Source: a virus
Lineage: Duplodnaviria; Caudoviricetes
Reading direction: 5' to 3' (one strand)
DNA: 64,000 nucleotides
IMG/VR virus record: IMGVR_UViG_3300045599_000040
Span: 1 to 64,000 of that record
Notes under the pieces: generated by a model
The model's input: only the letters and a program-made list of their open reading frames with translations
What the model was told of the DNA's origin: nothing
Databases searched by the model: none
Shown: piece by piece, positions 21,079-30,832 of the stretch
How positions within the stretch are numbered: the stretch's first letter is position 1
Layout of the letters: each line of letters opens with the position of its first letter
Made by a program: the position numbers and the translations under genes

Positions 21079-22365
21079 ATGAGGGAAGGAATTACATTGA
21101 AACTACCCAAGACAATTATTAAGCGCAATGGCAAAACTGTTGAATTCCAAACGGGGAAAATTACACAAGCAATTAAAAAAGCTGGAGAGCAAACAGGTGA
21201 ATTTGACATTCTCGAAGCGGAGCGACTTACCCAAGAAGTGCTAAAATTAATCGAGAATCGTAACAATTATGAGGGTTTGACAGTTGAGGGAGTTCAAGAC
21301 TTGGTAGAAATGGTTTTGCTAGAATCAAAATACAAGACTACAGCAAAAGAATACATTATCTATCGAGAAAAAAGAAATCAGGCTAGAGTGCCAGACATTT
21401 TTAAATTTCGCCTCAACTTAAAACCGTATGAATATCCAGAGCTTGCTAAATATAAAGAGGCCATCCAGCACTCTTATTGGCTGCACACTGAATTTAATTA
21501 CACATCAGATATTCAAGACTTTAAAGTGAATGTATCAGATGTGGAGCGAAATGCTATTAAAAATGCAATGCTTGCAATTGCACAAGTAGAGGTTGCGGTT
21601 AAAACATTTTGGGGCGACTTATATCATCGATTGCCTAAGCCAGAGCTAGGGTCTGTGGGCTATACATTTGCAGAAAGTGAAGTGCGACATCACGATGCAT
21701 ATTCTCACTTACTTGAAATTCTGGGGTTAAATGAAGAATTTGAAAAGATTAAAACAATTCCTCAACTGATGCAACGTGTGGATTATTTAACTAAAAGTGT
21801 TGCTTTATCCCGAACAGGAAGTGACAAAGATTACGCATTGTCATTGTTGTTATTTTCCTTGTTTATTGAGCATGTATCATTATTCTCGCAGTTTTTAATT
21901 ATTATGTCATTTAATAAATATCGAAATATATTTAAGGGTATGTCGAATGTAATCGAAGCAACTTCTAAAGAAGAGCAGATTCACGGGCTATTCGGCATCG
22001 AACTGATTAACACTATTCGTCAAGAACGTCCAGATTGGTTTGATGATCACATGGAACATCTGGTAATTCAAGCGTGTAAGGAAGCTTATGAATCTGAGCA
22101 GCTTGTTATTGATTGGATCTATGAAGCAGGAGATTTAGATTTTTTACCAAAAGCGACAGTCAAGGAGTTTGTTAAGAACCGCTTAAACAACTCGCTTCAA
22201 AGTGTGGGTTATAAGCCAATATTTGAAGTGAATGAAATGGCAGTTGAAGCAACAGATTGGTTTAACGATGAATTGTATACCACGAAGCATGTGGATTTCT
22301 TTGTAAAACGTTCGGTTAATTACAGTAAACGCACACGAAGCATCACTAGCGATGATTTATTCTAA
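21079..22365 (+). CDS. nrdB: Class I ribonucleotide reductase beta subunit with N-terminal ATP-cone (class Id-like)
   Basis: ATP-cone IIKRNGKTVEFQTGKITQAIKKA; ferritin-like ligands QVEVAVK, ESEVRH, IEHVS, KEEQIH. Confidence 0.85.
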   Translation: MREGITLKLPKTIIKRNGKTVEFQTGKITQAIKKAGEQTGEFDILEAERLTQEVLKLIENRNNYEGLTVEGVQDLVEMVLLESKYKTTAKEYIIYREKRNQARVPDIFKFRLNLKPYEYPELAKYKEAIQHSYWLHTEFNYTSDIQDFKVNVSDVERNAIKNAMLAIAQVEVAVKTFWGDLYHRLPKPELGSVGYTFAESEVRHHDAYSHLLEILGLNEEFEKIKTIPQLMQRVDYLTKSVALSRTGSDKDYALSLLLFSLFIEHVSLFSQFLIIMSFNKYRNIFKGMSNVIEATSKEEQIHGLFGIELINTIRQERPDWFDDHMEHLVIQACKEAYESEQLVIDWIYEAGDLDFLPKATVKEFVKNRLNNSLQSVGYKPIFEVNEMAVEATDWFNDELYTTKHVDFFVKRSVNYSKRTRSITSDDLF

Positions 22366-22398
22366 GCAATACTACACGGAAAGGAAAAGATATAATAA

Positions 22399-23601
22399 AT
22401 GACATTTAAATGGCTCAATGAAAATAGTCGCAAATTTTTAGAGAGTGGGTATTTAACTGAAGGAGTCACACCAGAGCAGCGCATTCGGACAATTGCAGAT
22501 TCAGCAGAATCTATTTTAGGAATCGATGGCTTTGCTGATAAGTTTTATGATTATATGAGCAAAGGTTACTACTCACTATCATCACCTGTCTGGTCTAATT
22601 TCGGTATGGATAGGGGTCTGCCTATTAGCTGCTTCAATTCCTATGTTCCAGACACTATGGGAGGTATCTTGTACGCGCAATCCGAAGTTGGAATGATGAG
22701 TAAGTTTGGCGGTGGAACATCTGGATATTTTGGCGATCTACGTCATCGGGGAGCAACAATCAAAGACAATGGACACTCTTCAGGAGCTGTTCATTTTATG
22801 AAGTTGTTTGAATCGATGATCGATGTTGTTTCGCAAGGCTCAGTTCGTCGTGGAGCCTTCTCACCATACTTGCCAATTGATCATCCTGACATTGAGGAAT
22901 TTTTAAATATTGGCACAGAGGGAGATCCCATTCAAAAACTTACTCACGGCGTAACTGTGACAGATGAATGGATGAAAGACATGATTGCAGGAGACACGGA
23001 AAAGAGAGCGTTGTGGGCGAAAGTTATTCAGAGACGTGTTGAAATTGGTTATCCATATATTTTCTTTACGGATACGGTGAATAACAACACAGTGGATGTT
23101 TATAAAGATAAGGGGTTGAAGATAAAATCGGGGAATTTATGCAATGAAATAGCCCTGCCAAGTAACGATGAATGGTCATTTGTTTGTAATTTATCTTCCA
23201 TGAATTTATTGCATTATGACGAATGGAAAGATACTGACGCAGTAGAGACTATGGTGTTTTTCTTAGATGCTGTGATGACTGAGTTTCTAACTAAACTTGA
23301 AAGATATCGTGATTCTGACTCTAAGGAAGATCAGTTGGCTTTTTACTTCATGGAGCGAGCATATAACTTCGCAAAAGAAAATCGAGCACTGGGTCTTGGA
23401 GCATTGGGGTGGCACTCCTATCTTCAGTCTAAAATGATTCCATTTGAAAGTATGGATGCTGCTAAACTGAATTCGCGTATTTTCAGCTTCATTCAATCCA
23501 AGGCGCACGAAGCGTCTAAAGAATTGGCTAAATTATATGGAGAACCAGAGGTTTTGAAAGGATATGGGCGCAGAAACACAACGCTGACAGCAATAGCACC
23601 T
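22399..23601 (+). CDS. nrdA: Class I RNR alpha subunit, exon 1 (short type without ATP-cone)
   Basis: SLSSPV, ISCF, GGGTS, NLCNEI, CNLSS, LGLGALG; ends AIAP. Confidence 0.9.
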
Positions 23602-24642
23602 TAAAATATAGGGCGTTAATAAATTAATATTAACGATAACACTTTCGAATTGCTGGGAACCCCTAACGTAAAGTCGAGGGCGATCAGCAGCCAAGACTTA
23701 CCAGTATAACTTATAAATAAAAAAAACAAGGAAGGAGGGATTTTGTGTGGGGGAAATGCATTAGTTTTCCCAAGCTAGAAGTGACAAGGGACGGAAGAGT
23801 AAGAGCATGGCATAACTCTTGGAAAAGATATGTAGAAAAGAAACCAAGATACGATAAGGATGGATATAAAATAATTTCTACAAGACGTGATGATGGAAGA
23901 TCAACGACAGTTAGAGTCCATCGATTGATAGCGGAAGCTTATATACCCAATCCAGAAAATAAACCAGTGGTAAATCATAAAAATGGAATAAAGGATGACA
24001 ATCAAGTAGAAAACTTAGAGTGGGTTACTGTTTCTGAAAACACACAACATGGTTACGATGTTTTAGGAAACATATCAGCAAAATCTCAAAGAATGCTATT
24101 ATATATTGATGAAAAACCTTTTTCGACTTATGATTCAATAAATAAGGCTTGCAAAATAATAGGAATTGATCGGGGTGCTCTAGATTTTTTAGTAAAAATG
24201 TCTGAAAGATATATTTCATATAAAAAAGTGAAAGAAAATTTTCAGGCAGTTTCCCATAACAAAGAAATATGGGAATCAAGGATAACTTTAAATATTCGTG
24301 GTAAATTTTATAAGATTGGGAATAAGTATTACGACAAGATAAAAGATATTGCAAAGGATTATGGTAAAGAGAGAAGTACAATACACAGATGGATTAATAA
24401 AAGTCATCCAAAAGGAATTCAAATAGAAATCATAAGTTGCAAAGAGTTTTTAAAAAATAAAATAAAAAATACTGGTGAGTAAGGTTCAACGACTATCCCG
24501 TTGCGGGGAGTACACTCAAGCGAGTGGAAGCGGAAGTGGTCTTACATAAAGTAAGATGTGATATAGTCTGCTCTTTATGGAAACATAAAGCAGTTCATAA
24601 GAGAACGCACACAGAAGTAGCGAGCTGTGTGGAACACAAAGG
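23602..24642 (+). mobile_element. Group I intron (IA2-like) in nrdA, encoding an HNH endonuclease
   Basis: Exon ends in T, intron ends in G, splicing gives AIAP-TTSSAFILG; core AATTGCTGGGAA, ATCAGCAGCC, AAGGTTCAACGACTA, GATATAGTCTG. Confidence 0.92.
23745..24482 (+). CDS. Intron-encoded HNH homing endonuclease (I-HmuI-like)
   Basis: VHRLIAEAYIPNPENKPVVNHKNGIKDDNQVENLEW. Confidence 0.9.
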   Translation: MWGKCISFPKLEVTRDGRVRAWHNSWKRYVEKKPRYDKDGYKIISTRRDDGRSTTVRVHRLIAEAYIPNPENKPVVNHKNGIKDDNQVENLEWVTVSENTQHGYDVLGNISAKSQRMLLYIDEKPFSTYDSINKACKIIGIDRGALDFLVKMSERYISYKKVKENFQAVSHNKEIWESRITLNIRGKFYKIGNKYYDKIKDIAKDYGKERSTIHRWINKSHPKGIQIEIISCKEFLKNKIKNTGE

Positions 24643-25116
24643 ACAACAAGTTCAGCATTCATCTTAGGCCAAGTGTCACAAAGTATTGAGCCTATTTGGT
24701 CTAATACCTATGTAAAAGACGTTGCGAAAATGAAGGTGACGATTCGCAATCCATACTTACAAGAGGTTTTAAAATCATATGGCAAGGATACACGAGAAAT
24801 TTGGAATAGTATCCGTGATCATGACGGCTCTGTGCAACATCTAGACTTCTTGACCGAGCATGAAAAAGAAGTATTCAAGACATTTAGTGAAATTGACCAA
24901 TATGTAATTTTAGATCAAGCTTCAACTCGCCAACAATTTTTGGATCAGAGTCAATCACTAAATCTTATGATTAATCCTACAATGTCTGCGAAAGAAATTA
25001 ATGAATTATATCTATTTGCTTGGGAAAGCAACATTAAAACTTTGTACTATCAACACAGCACAAATGCGGCACAGCAATTTAGCAAAGACAAGTTGTGTAC
25101 TGTATGTGAGGCATAA
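24643..25116 (+). CDS. nrdA: Class I RNR alpha subunit, exon 2
   Basis: SQSIEP, DQSQSLN, KTLYY, C-terminal CTVCEA; spliced product about 558 aa. Confidence 0.9.
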   Translation, partial: TTSSAFILGQVSQSIEPIWSNTYVKDVAKMKVTIRNPYLQEVLKSYGKDTREIWNSIRDHDGSVQHLDFLTEHEKEVFKTFSEIDQYVILDQASTRQQFLDQSQSLNLMINPTMSAKEINELYLFAWESNIKTLYYQHSTNAAQQFSKDKLCTVCEA

Positions 25117-25165
25117 TAAGTCTAGCCTTTACACTAAAACATGAATCCTTAAGAAGATAAAAATG

Positions 25166-25213
25166 ATACTATATGTAGTGTTCATTTACGCAATATAGCA
25201 CTACATATAGATG
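25166..25213. promoter_or_regulatory. Tandem NrdR-box-like sites
   Basis: ATACTATATGTAGTGT (25166) and GCACTACATATAGATG (25198), 32 bp apart; consensus ACACWATATATWGTGT. Confidence 0.65.
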
Positions 25214-25244
25214 TAAAATACCAATAAAAGGGGAGTTTTAACGG

Positions 25245-25802
25245 ATGTTTAAAGTTGAAGATCGAGTTTTTATTAAAGGACTTAATAAAAAAGGTGTAGT
25301 GAAAGAAGTTGATATTAAAGAAAACAAATCCAAGGTTACACATTTTAATCAATCTGATCAAAGAATTACAGCATGGTTTGATAATAACCAACTGAGGAAG
25401 TATTTGAAACCAAAAGATAATAAGTATTACCATATGGTATATGAGTTTCATAAAGCATTTGACCATCCTACATCAACTAAACCGACTCGATTAACTAAAG
25501 AAAAAAAGAAAAGCCATATTGATTGGATGCTTGAAGAATTGAATGAATATAAAAATGCTAACACTCTTGTTGATGAAGTTGATGCCTTAATTGATCTTCA
25601 ATACTTTCTGACTGGAACCTTTGTTTTACATGGAGTAAAACCAGATAGAATTTTTGAAATCGTACATAATGCGAATATGAGCAAATTATGGGAAGATGGC
25701 AAACCCAGATATAGAGAAGAAGATGGCAAAGTAATCAAACCACCATCTTGGCAAAATCCAGAGCCTTTAATTGCAAAAGAAATTGAGAATCAAAGCAGAT
25801 AA
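25245..25802 (+). CDS. MazG-like/all-alpha NTP pyrophosphohydrolase (dUTPase-like) with N-terminal extension
   Basis: EELNEY, DALIDLQY, VHNANMSKL..DGK...DGKVIKP. Confidence 0.8.
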   Translation: MFKVEDRVFIKGLNKKGVVKEVDIKENKSKVTHFNQSDQRITAWFDNNQLRKYLKPKDNKYYHMVYEFHKAFDHPTSTKPTRLTKEKKKSHIDWMLEELNEYKNANTLVDEVDALIDLQYFLTGTFVLHGVKPDRIFEIVHNANMSKLWEDGKPRYREEDGKVIKPPSWQNPEPLIAKEIENQSR

Positions 25803-25838
25803 TAAAAAAAATGTGGACGGTGAAAGCTCATCGTCCAC

Positions 25839-26648
25839 ATGTATTTCTGGAGGAGAAAACATATGTCAAATTTTGATATTCAATATATGAATTTAATTAT
25901 GGATATCTTAGATAATGGATATTATGATTCAAATCGAACAACAGATAAGACTAAAAAAGTATTTGGGAAAACTCTTCGCTTTAATCTTCAAGAAGAATTT
26001 CCAATACTAACTCTTAAGAAAACTGGCTTTAAAACATTAACTCAAGAAATGATGTGGATTTATCAAGTAGGTTCTAATGATGTGAAATGGCTAAATGATC
26101 GAGGTATTACAATCTGGGATGAATGGAAATTTGCAGATAATACAATTGGAAAGGCATATGGATACCAAATAAAAAAGTATGATCAAGTTGGCAAATTGAT
26201 TGATTCATTGAAAAACAATCCTCAGTCAAGGCGAATGGTGCTAAATTTGTGGAATGTAGAGGATCTAGATGAAATGGCACTTACTCCTTGCATGTATAAT
26301 CATGTAGCTGATGTTAGCAATGGCAAATTAAACTGGCACACTACAATCAGATCTTCGGACGCCGCACTTGGTTTGCCATATAATGTAGCGCAAACGGCAG
26401 TTCTTGTACATATGCTTGCACAAGTTGCAGGTTTACAAGTGGGAGAACTATTATTTACTCTTGTCAATGCACATTTGTACGAGCAGCATTTTGAACCAAT
26501 TGAAGCAATATTTGAACGAAAGCCATACCCTGCACCGAAGCTGTGGATCAATGAGTCAATTACTAACTTTTATGATTTTACAATTGATGATATAAAACTT
26601 ATTGACTATAAATACCATCCTCATATTTCAATGAGAGTGAGTGTGTAG
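25839..26648 (+). CDS. thyA: Thymidylate synthase (likely ATG start 25863)
   Basis: FPILTLKK, SRRM, ALTPCM, IRSSD, PYN, NAHLYEQH. Confidence 0.95.
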   Translation: MYFWRRKHMSNFDIQYMNLIMDILDNGYYDSNRTTDKTKKVFGKTLRFNLQEEFPILTLKKTGFKTLTQEMMWIYQVGSNDVKWLNDRGITIWDEWKFADNTIGKAYGYQIKKYDQVGKLIDSLKNNPQSRRMVLNLWNVEDLDEMALTPCMYNHVADVSNGKLNWHTTIRSSDAALGLPYNVAQTAVLVHMLAQVAGLQVGELLFTLVNAHLYEQHFEPIEAIFERKPYPAPKLWINESITNFYDFTIDDIKLIDYKYHPHISMRVSV

Positions 26649-26650
26649 CT

Positions 26651-27154
26651 TTGACAATCTCAATCATCGTAGCTATGGATAAGAGAGGATTAATTGGGAA
26701 TAGAAATTCCCTGCCCTGGCATATCCCAGCAGACTTAAAATACTTTAAAGAAGTAACTGAAGGTAACACAGTAATCATGGGAAGAAAAACATTTGAGTCA
26801 ATCGGTCAACCTTTACCAGATAGGAAAAACATAGTCCTAACAACAAATGAGTCATTTAATGCTGATAATGCTGAGGTGCATTATTCCTTTGATGAGTTAT
26901 TGGCAAAAATTAAAAGTGAAGAGGATGAGGAATTTATCGTTATTGGTGGAGCAGAAATATATAAACAATTTTTACCCTTTGTTGATACTCTCTATATAAC
27001 TCATATTGATCATGATTTTGAAGGAGACATACACTTCCCAGTTTACAACAAAGAAGATTTTGTACTTAGCTCTTATTCCACTTTGGGTATATCTAAAGAG
27101 ACAAATTACAATTTAAAATTTGCAATCTACGACAGAGTCAAAAATAAAATATAA
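26651..27154 (+). CDS. folA: Dihydrofolate reductase
   Basis: LIGNRNSLPWHIPADL, VIMGRKTFES, LPDRKNIV, IGGAEIY, GDIHFP. Confidence 0.95.
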   Translation: MTISIIVAMDKRGLIGNRNSLPWHIPADLKYFKEVTEGNTVIMGRKTFESIGQPLPDRKNIVLTTNESFNADNAEVHYSFDELLAKIKSEEDEEFIVIGGAEIYKQFLPFVDTLYITHIDHDFEGDIHFPVYNKEDFVLSSYSTLGISKETNYNLKFAIYDRVKNKI

Positions 27155-27160
27155 AAGTTA

Positions 27161-27189
27161 TTGACACGATTTAACAATGGTGTTACCCT
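27161..27189 (+). promoter_or_regulatory. Possible SigA promoter
   Basis: TTGACA at 27161, but only a weak -10 (TACCCT). Confidence 0.35.
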
Positions 27190-27190
27190 A

Positions 27191-27222
27191 AGTGTAGTCT
27201 ATACAGGCTACACTATTTTTTA
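27191..27222 (+). terminator. Probable terminator after thyA-folA
   Basis: AGTGTAGTC/GGCTACACT hairpin followed by a T-tract. Confidence 0.6.
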
Positions 27223-27239
27223 TAACGAGGTGAGTATAT

Positions 27240-27809
27240 GTGATTGTTGAGGTTAATACCAAAAATCCAGAATTGAAAACAAAAAAAATTCACATGTCAG
27301 ATCATGCATACCAAAGAATGAGTGAGCGATTTGGGATCAAAGAAAAAACCCAAGCCCTTGGCAGAGTCAGAGAATGGTTGAGAGAGGGTCATAAAGTTGG
27401 TTTAGTGACAGATGAAAATGGCAAGGATGCTATTTTATACGCATTTGGAAGAAATGCGGTTTATCTTTCACTCGATTTATCAACTGTTTTAACAGTAAAG
27501 CGTGAAGAGCATGTTACATATAAGCCAATTAAAAATAGATTATATGAAATGCATAGGAAAGAATTTAATAAATTAGATAGGCTGGAAAAAAGAAAAATTA
27601 AAAGGAAGAATCTTGAACAGTTACGAGTAAATGCAGAAATCTCTCACTTGGAGTATCGAAAAGCAAAAACAAGATCAGAAAATGTAAGGGTATATTGCGA
27701 CACAAGAATAGCAGAATTGAAAAACTACATAAATAAACTAAAAAATGAAATACGAAGCATTAAAGCAGAAAAGAATCAAGTTGCAAATTCAATGGTTTCA
27801 ATTTTATAA
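27240..27809 (+). CDS. Hypothetical protein (HAxxRxxER motif + coiled coil)
   Basis: SDHAYQRMSERFG, then a basic coiled coil. Confidence 0.6.
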   Translation: MIVEVNTKNPELKTKKIHMSDHAYQRMSERFGIKEKTQALGRVREWLREGHKVGLVTDENGKDAILYAFGRNAVYLSLDLSTVLTVKREEHVTYKPIKNRLYEMHRKEFNKLDRLEKRKIKRKNLEQLRVNAEISHLEYRKAKTRSENVRVYCDTRIAELKNYINKLKNEIRSIKAEKNQVANSMVSIL

Positions 27810-27841
27810 ATTTTATAAAATAAAATATAATAGGTGATAAT

Positions 27842-28120
27842 ATGAATTTGATAAGGGATTTTTTTAGAGATAAACCAATTATACTACACAAGTCGGAAAA
27901 GCTAGTTATTTTATCTATGGTGTGTTTAGTTTCACTTTTTCTGTTAGTCTCAGGTTATACGCTTGTATTTGAAACAGAGTTTAAAGAATTTACTATGCTT
28001 ATGACTGGGATTGGATTCCTCATTATTGGTGCTTTTGCTCCAATAACAACATTTACATCCTTTGCAGACTATGGAATTATGAAAGAAGAAATCCAGAAAT
28101 TAGAGGCTAAAAAACATTGA
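27842..28120 (+). CDS. Two-TM membrane protein
   Basis: Hydrophobic segments. Confidence 0.6.
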   Translation: MNLIRDFFRDKPIILHKSEKLVILSMVCLVSLFLLVSGYTLVFETEFKEFTMLMTGIGFLIIGAFAPITTFTSFADYGIMKEEIQKLEAKKH

Positions 28121-28211
28121 TAGGACGCGATTATTAAGATGAGATTTTCCGATAAAACACTTGTTTTAACTGATTTGCTACTCATCATAAATTAACAGGG
28201 GGAGATGGAGA

Positions 28212-28436
28212 GTGTACGTTATCAAAGAAGTTGCAGTTGGAAGGAAATATTTTAAAGACCCATCTTTTGATCGCTGGGATTTAGTTAACAATATAGAAGA
28301 AGCTACAAAATTTGAAACTTATGAGAAAGCTAAGAAAATAGAAGAAGCAATCAATCTTGCTTCCCTATTCACCTATTGGGACTTTGATGAAATTCCTCCG
28401 AAAGCGGAAGCCATTCTTTACAAAGTCGAAGAGTGA
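28212..28436 (+). CDS. Hypothetical protein
   Basis: RBS GGAG; ORF track. Confidence 0.55.
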   Translation: MYVIKEVAVGRKYFKDPSFDRWDLVNNIEEATKFETYEKAKKIEEAINLASLFTYWDFDEIPPKAEAILYKVEE

Positions 28437-28807
28437 AGAGGTATAAAATGGAAGAATTACTCATTACTGATGCAGCAGATGCTTTAAGTCGGCTCGGTGA
28501 TAAATACATCATTAGAAGTCACCTTGACAACTATTATTATTTGGAGCATAGGGGTGGATTCATTCAAAAGCTTATCCGCTTAGAAGAAAAATCCTGGCTA
28601 GTATACAAGGGTGATTGGTCAATCAGCAAAGAAGAGTTAAATGGACTTTGGCAATGTATTAACTCTGTTGGTCAATCAATCTCTCTTCCTTCAGATCCAT
28701 TAGACGAAAGAAGAAAACGATTCGATCAAAAAATAGCGACTGAAGATAAGTGGCGCTTTGAACGTTTAAAACAAATTAGACAAAGGATAGAAAACAAAAA
28801 TTATTGA
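28433..28807 (+). CDS. Hypothetical protein
   Basis: Overlaps the previous gene (GTGA). Confidence 0.55.
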   Translation: MKRYKMEELLITDAADALSRLGDKYIIRSHLDNYYYLEHRGGFIQKLIRLEEKSWLVYKGDWSISKEELNGLWQCINSVGQSISLPSDPLDERRKRFDQKIATEDKWRFERLKQIRQRIENKNY

Positions 28808-29433
28808 CTCCTTCTATAACTAATATGTTCCACGATGGTTTTCGTTAAAATATTCGAAATTAGGAACGGAAAGCTAATTAGAACAATACTTTTCTCGATC
28901 AGATCGGGTCGATCTAGTTTCTTTATAGAACTATCAAAGGTATTGAAAAGATGGGAAAAGTCATTATTCATGTAAGAGTAAATTATCACTGAGGAAACTA
29001 ATATCGTTAATATGGCTGAATTATACTCTAAAGCCACTTTAAGCTGATTTAAATTGATATTTTCTTTGATAATTATATAGAGTGTTAAAGCAAAAATACT
29101 GATTAAATAATAAAAGAACACGAAAATTCCATTAATGCTGAATAATATATTAGCAAGTAATAAGCCAAATGTAGCAACCGCTAATGGGCAAATTAGTAGT
29201 CCCAATGTAAGAAAAAATACATTTTCTTTGATAATATCCCTGTCAAAAAAAACATAGTAAATTGTGAAGTAGAAAGATATTAAACATATCATAGATGCAA
29301 TTGATACAGCAACACCTGAAGAAAGCAAAATTAAAATGAATATATAAAATAAATATAAAATAAACTGAACTATCATGCTTTCTTTAGCGAAAAGGTATAA
29401 CTCTTTTATAATACGCATATCATCACCTGACAT
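28801..29433 (-). CDS. Multi-pass membrane protein on the opposite strand (moron-like)
   Basis: About 6 TM segments; antisense to its neighbours. Confidence 0.7.
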   Translation of the reverse strand: MSGDDMRIIKELYLFAKESMIVQFILYLFYIFILILLSSGVAVSIASMICLISFYFTIYYVFFDRDIIKENVFFLTLGLLICPLAVATFGLLLANILFSINGIFVFFYYLISIFALTLYIIIKENINLNQLKVALEYNSAILTILVSSVIIYSYMNNDFSHLFNTFDSSIKKLDRPDLIEKSIVLISFPFLISNILTKTIVEHISYRRSQ

Positions 29434-29677
29434 CTTATACGCTACATTATTTCCAAAGTTTCACACAGAAGGAAGTGTTGTATATAATCATTCTCCACTG
29501 GTTTCGTCACAAATGGCATCGAAAGAAAGAAAACAAGTATTCTGATCTTCTATTCACACTTAGAAACTGGAAGTTTTCTGAAGTCTACAGTTTCTATTTA
29601 GTAAAGTATAAGTATCATAGTTTCATGAGTGACTGGATTAAAAATAAGTATTTAAAATAAAATATATTGAAATAGAG

Positions 29678-29965
29678 GTGTTGTTTGTGATACTGTCATT
29701 TCACATTACTAATCCAGAAGTTAAACGATATCATGACGTGCTCGTTGATATTTATAAAAATGTTCAAAATGAAAAATCTGCAAGATATGAAGCAGCTAGG
29801 AAAATCAGTCTGATACAAAACCTAGTTGAAATATACGAACAAGGAGAAAATATTGTTTATGAAGATTTGTTATGGGACGAATTCGGCAGACATTTATTAC
29901 CCGAAGAGCTTAAAAGCTTAGCACAAAAAATTAACCAGTCATTACATAAAAAAGAAAAGGTTTAA
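29678..29965 (+). CDS. Hypothetical protein
   Basis: ORF track. Confidence 0.5.
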   Translation: MLFVILSFHITNPEVKRYHDVLVDIYKNVQNEKSARYEAARKISLIQNLVEIYEQGENIVYEDLLWDEFGRHLLPEELKSLAQKINQSLHKKEKV

Positions 29966-29976
29966 TGGTATAGCAA

Positions 29977-30552
29977 ATGGCAAGTTTAACATTTAAATAT
30001 GGCGCAATGAATGCATCAAAATCAATTCAATTATTAACCACAGCGCATAACTACGAGCAATCTGGTAAAAAAGTAATGATTTTTACTCCATCCATTGATG
30101 ATAGATATGGAGTTGGCAAGGTAACTTCCAGGGTAGGAATTAGTCAAGAAGCTTTTACAATAAACAATGATACAGATTTATATATAGCGATAGGAATTAA
30201 TTCACCTGATCATGTTTTCATTGATGAAGGTCAATTTCTATCACCACAACATGTGCTTCAACTAGTGAAGATAGTAGACGATCTTAATGTTCCTGTAACT
30301 GTTTACGGATTACTGAAGAACTTTAAAAATGAATTATTTGAAGGTAGCAAGAGCTTACTATGTGAAGCAGACATAATAGAAGAAATCAAAACAGTATGCT
30401 TTTATTGTAACGACAAAGCAACTCATATTTTGAAATTTAAAGATGGAATACCAATTTATACTGGGGAGTCAATTGAAATTGGCGGTAATGAAACATATAC
30501 GTCAGTGTGTAGAAAACATTGGTATTCTGGAAAAGGAAGTGTGTTTAACTGA
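29977..30552 (+). CDS. tdk: Thymidine kinase
   Basis: YGAMNASKS, FIDEGQF, VYGLLKNF, CFYC, IGGNETYTSVCRKH. Confidence 0.95.
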   Translation: MASLTFKYGAMNASKSIQLLTTAHNYEQSGKKVMIFTPSIDDRYGVGKVTSRVGISQEAFTINNDTDLYIAIGINSPDHVFIDEGQFLSPQHVLQLVKIVDDLNVPVTVYGLLKNFKNELFEGSKSLLCEADIIEEIKTVCFYCNDKATHILKFKDGIPIYTGESIEIGGNETYTSVCRKHWYSGKGSVFN

Positions 30553-30572
30553 TAAGAAGGTTTATTTCTTAC

Positions 30573-30830
30573 TTGTATCATAAATTTGTTTGTAAGCCCT
30601 TTGATATTACCGATCTAACAAAAGAAGAGTATATGAATGTAATGGGAATGATGTATGAGTATAAACTAAAGAAAAAACTCTCCAAATATGGAGAGGAGCG
30701 AGCTTATTTTGCAATTGCAAAACTAGATGTTAAAAGCAATGGTAAATTTACTAGCTTATTAAAAGAATCATCAGAAAGAATGGCAAATGTTTTAGTAGAA
30801 GTATTTGGAGACATAAAAAATAAATTATAA
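30573..30830 (+). CDS. Hypothetical protein
   Basis: ORF track. Confidence 0.45.
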   Translation: MYHKFVCKPFDITDLTKEEYMNVMGMMYEYKLKKKLSKYGEERAYFAIAKLDVKSNGKFTSLLKESSERMANVLVEVFGDIKNKL

Positions 30831-30832
30831 TA

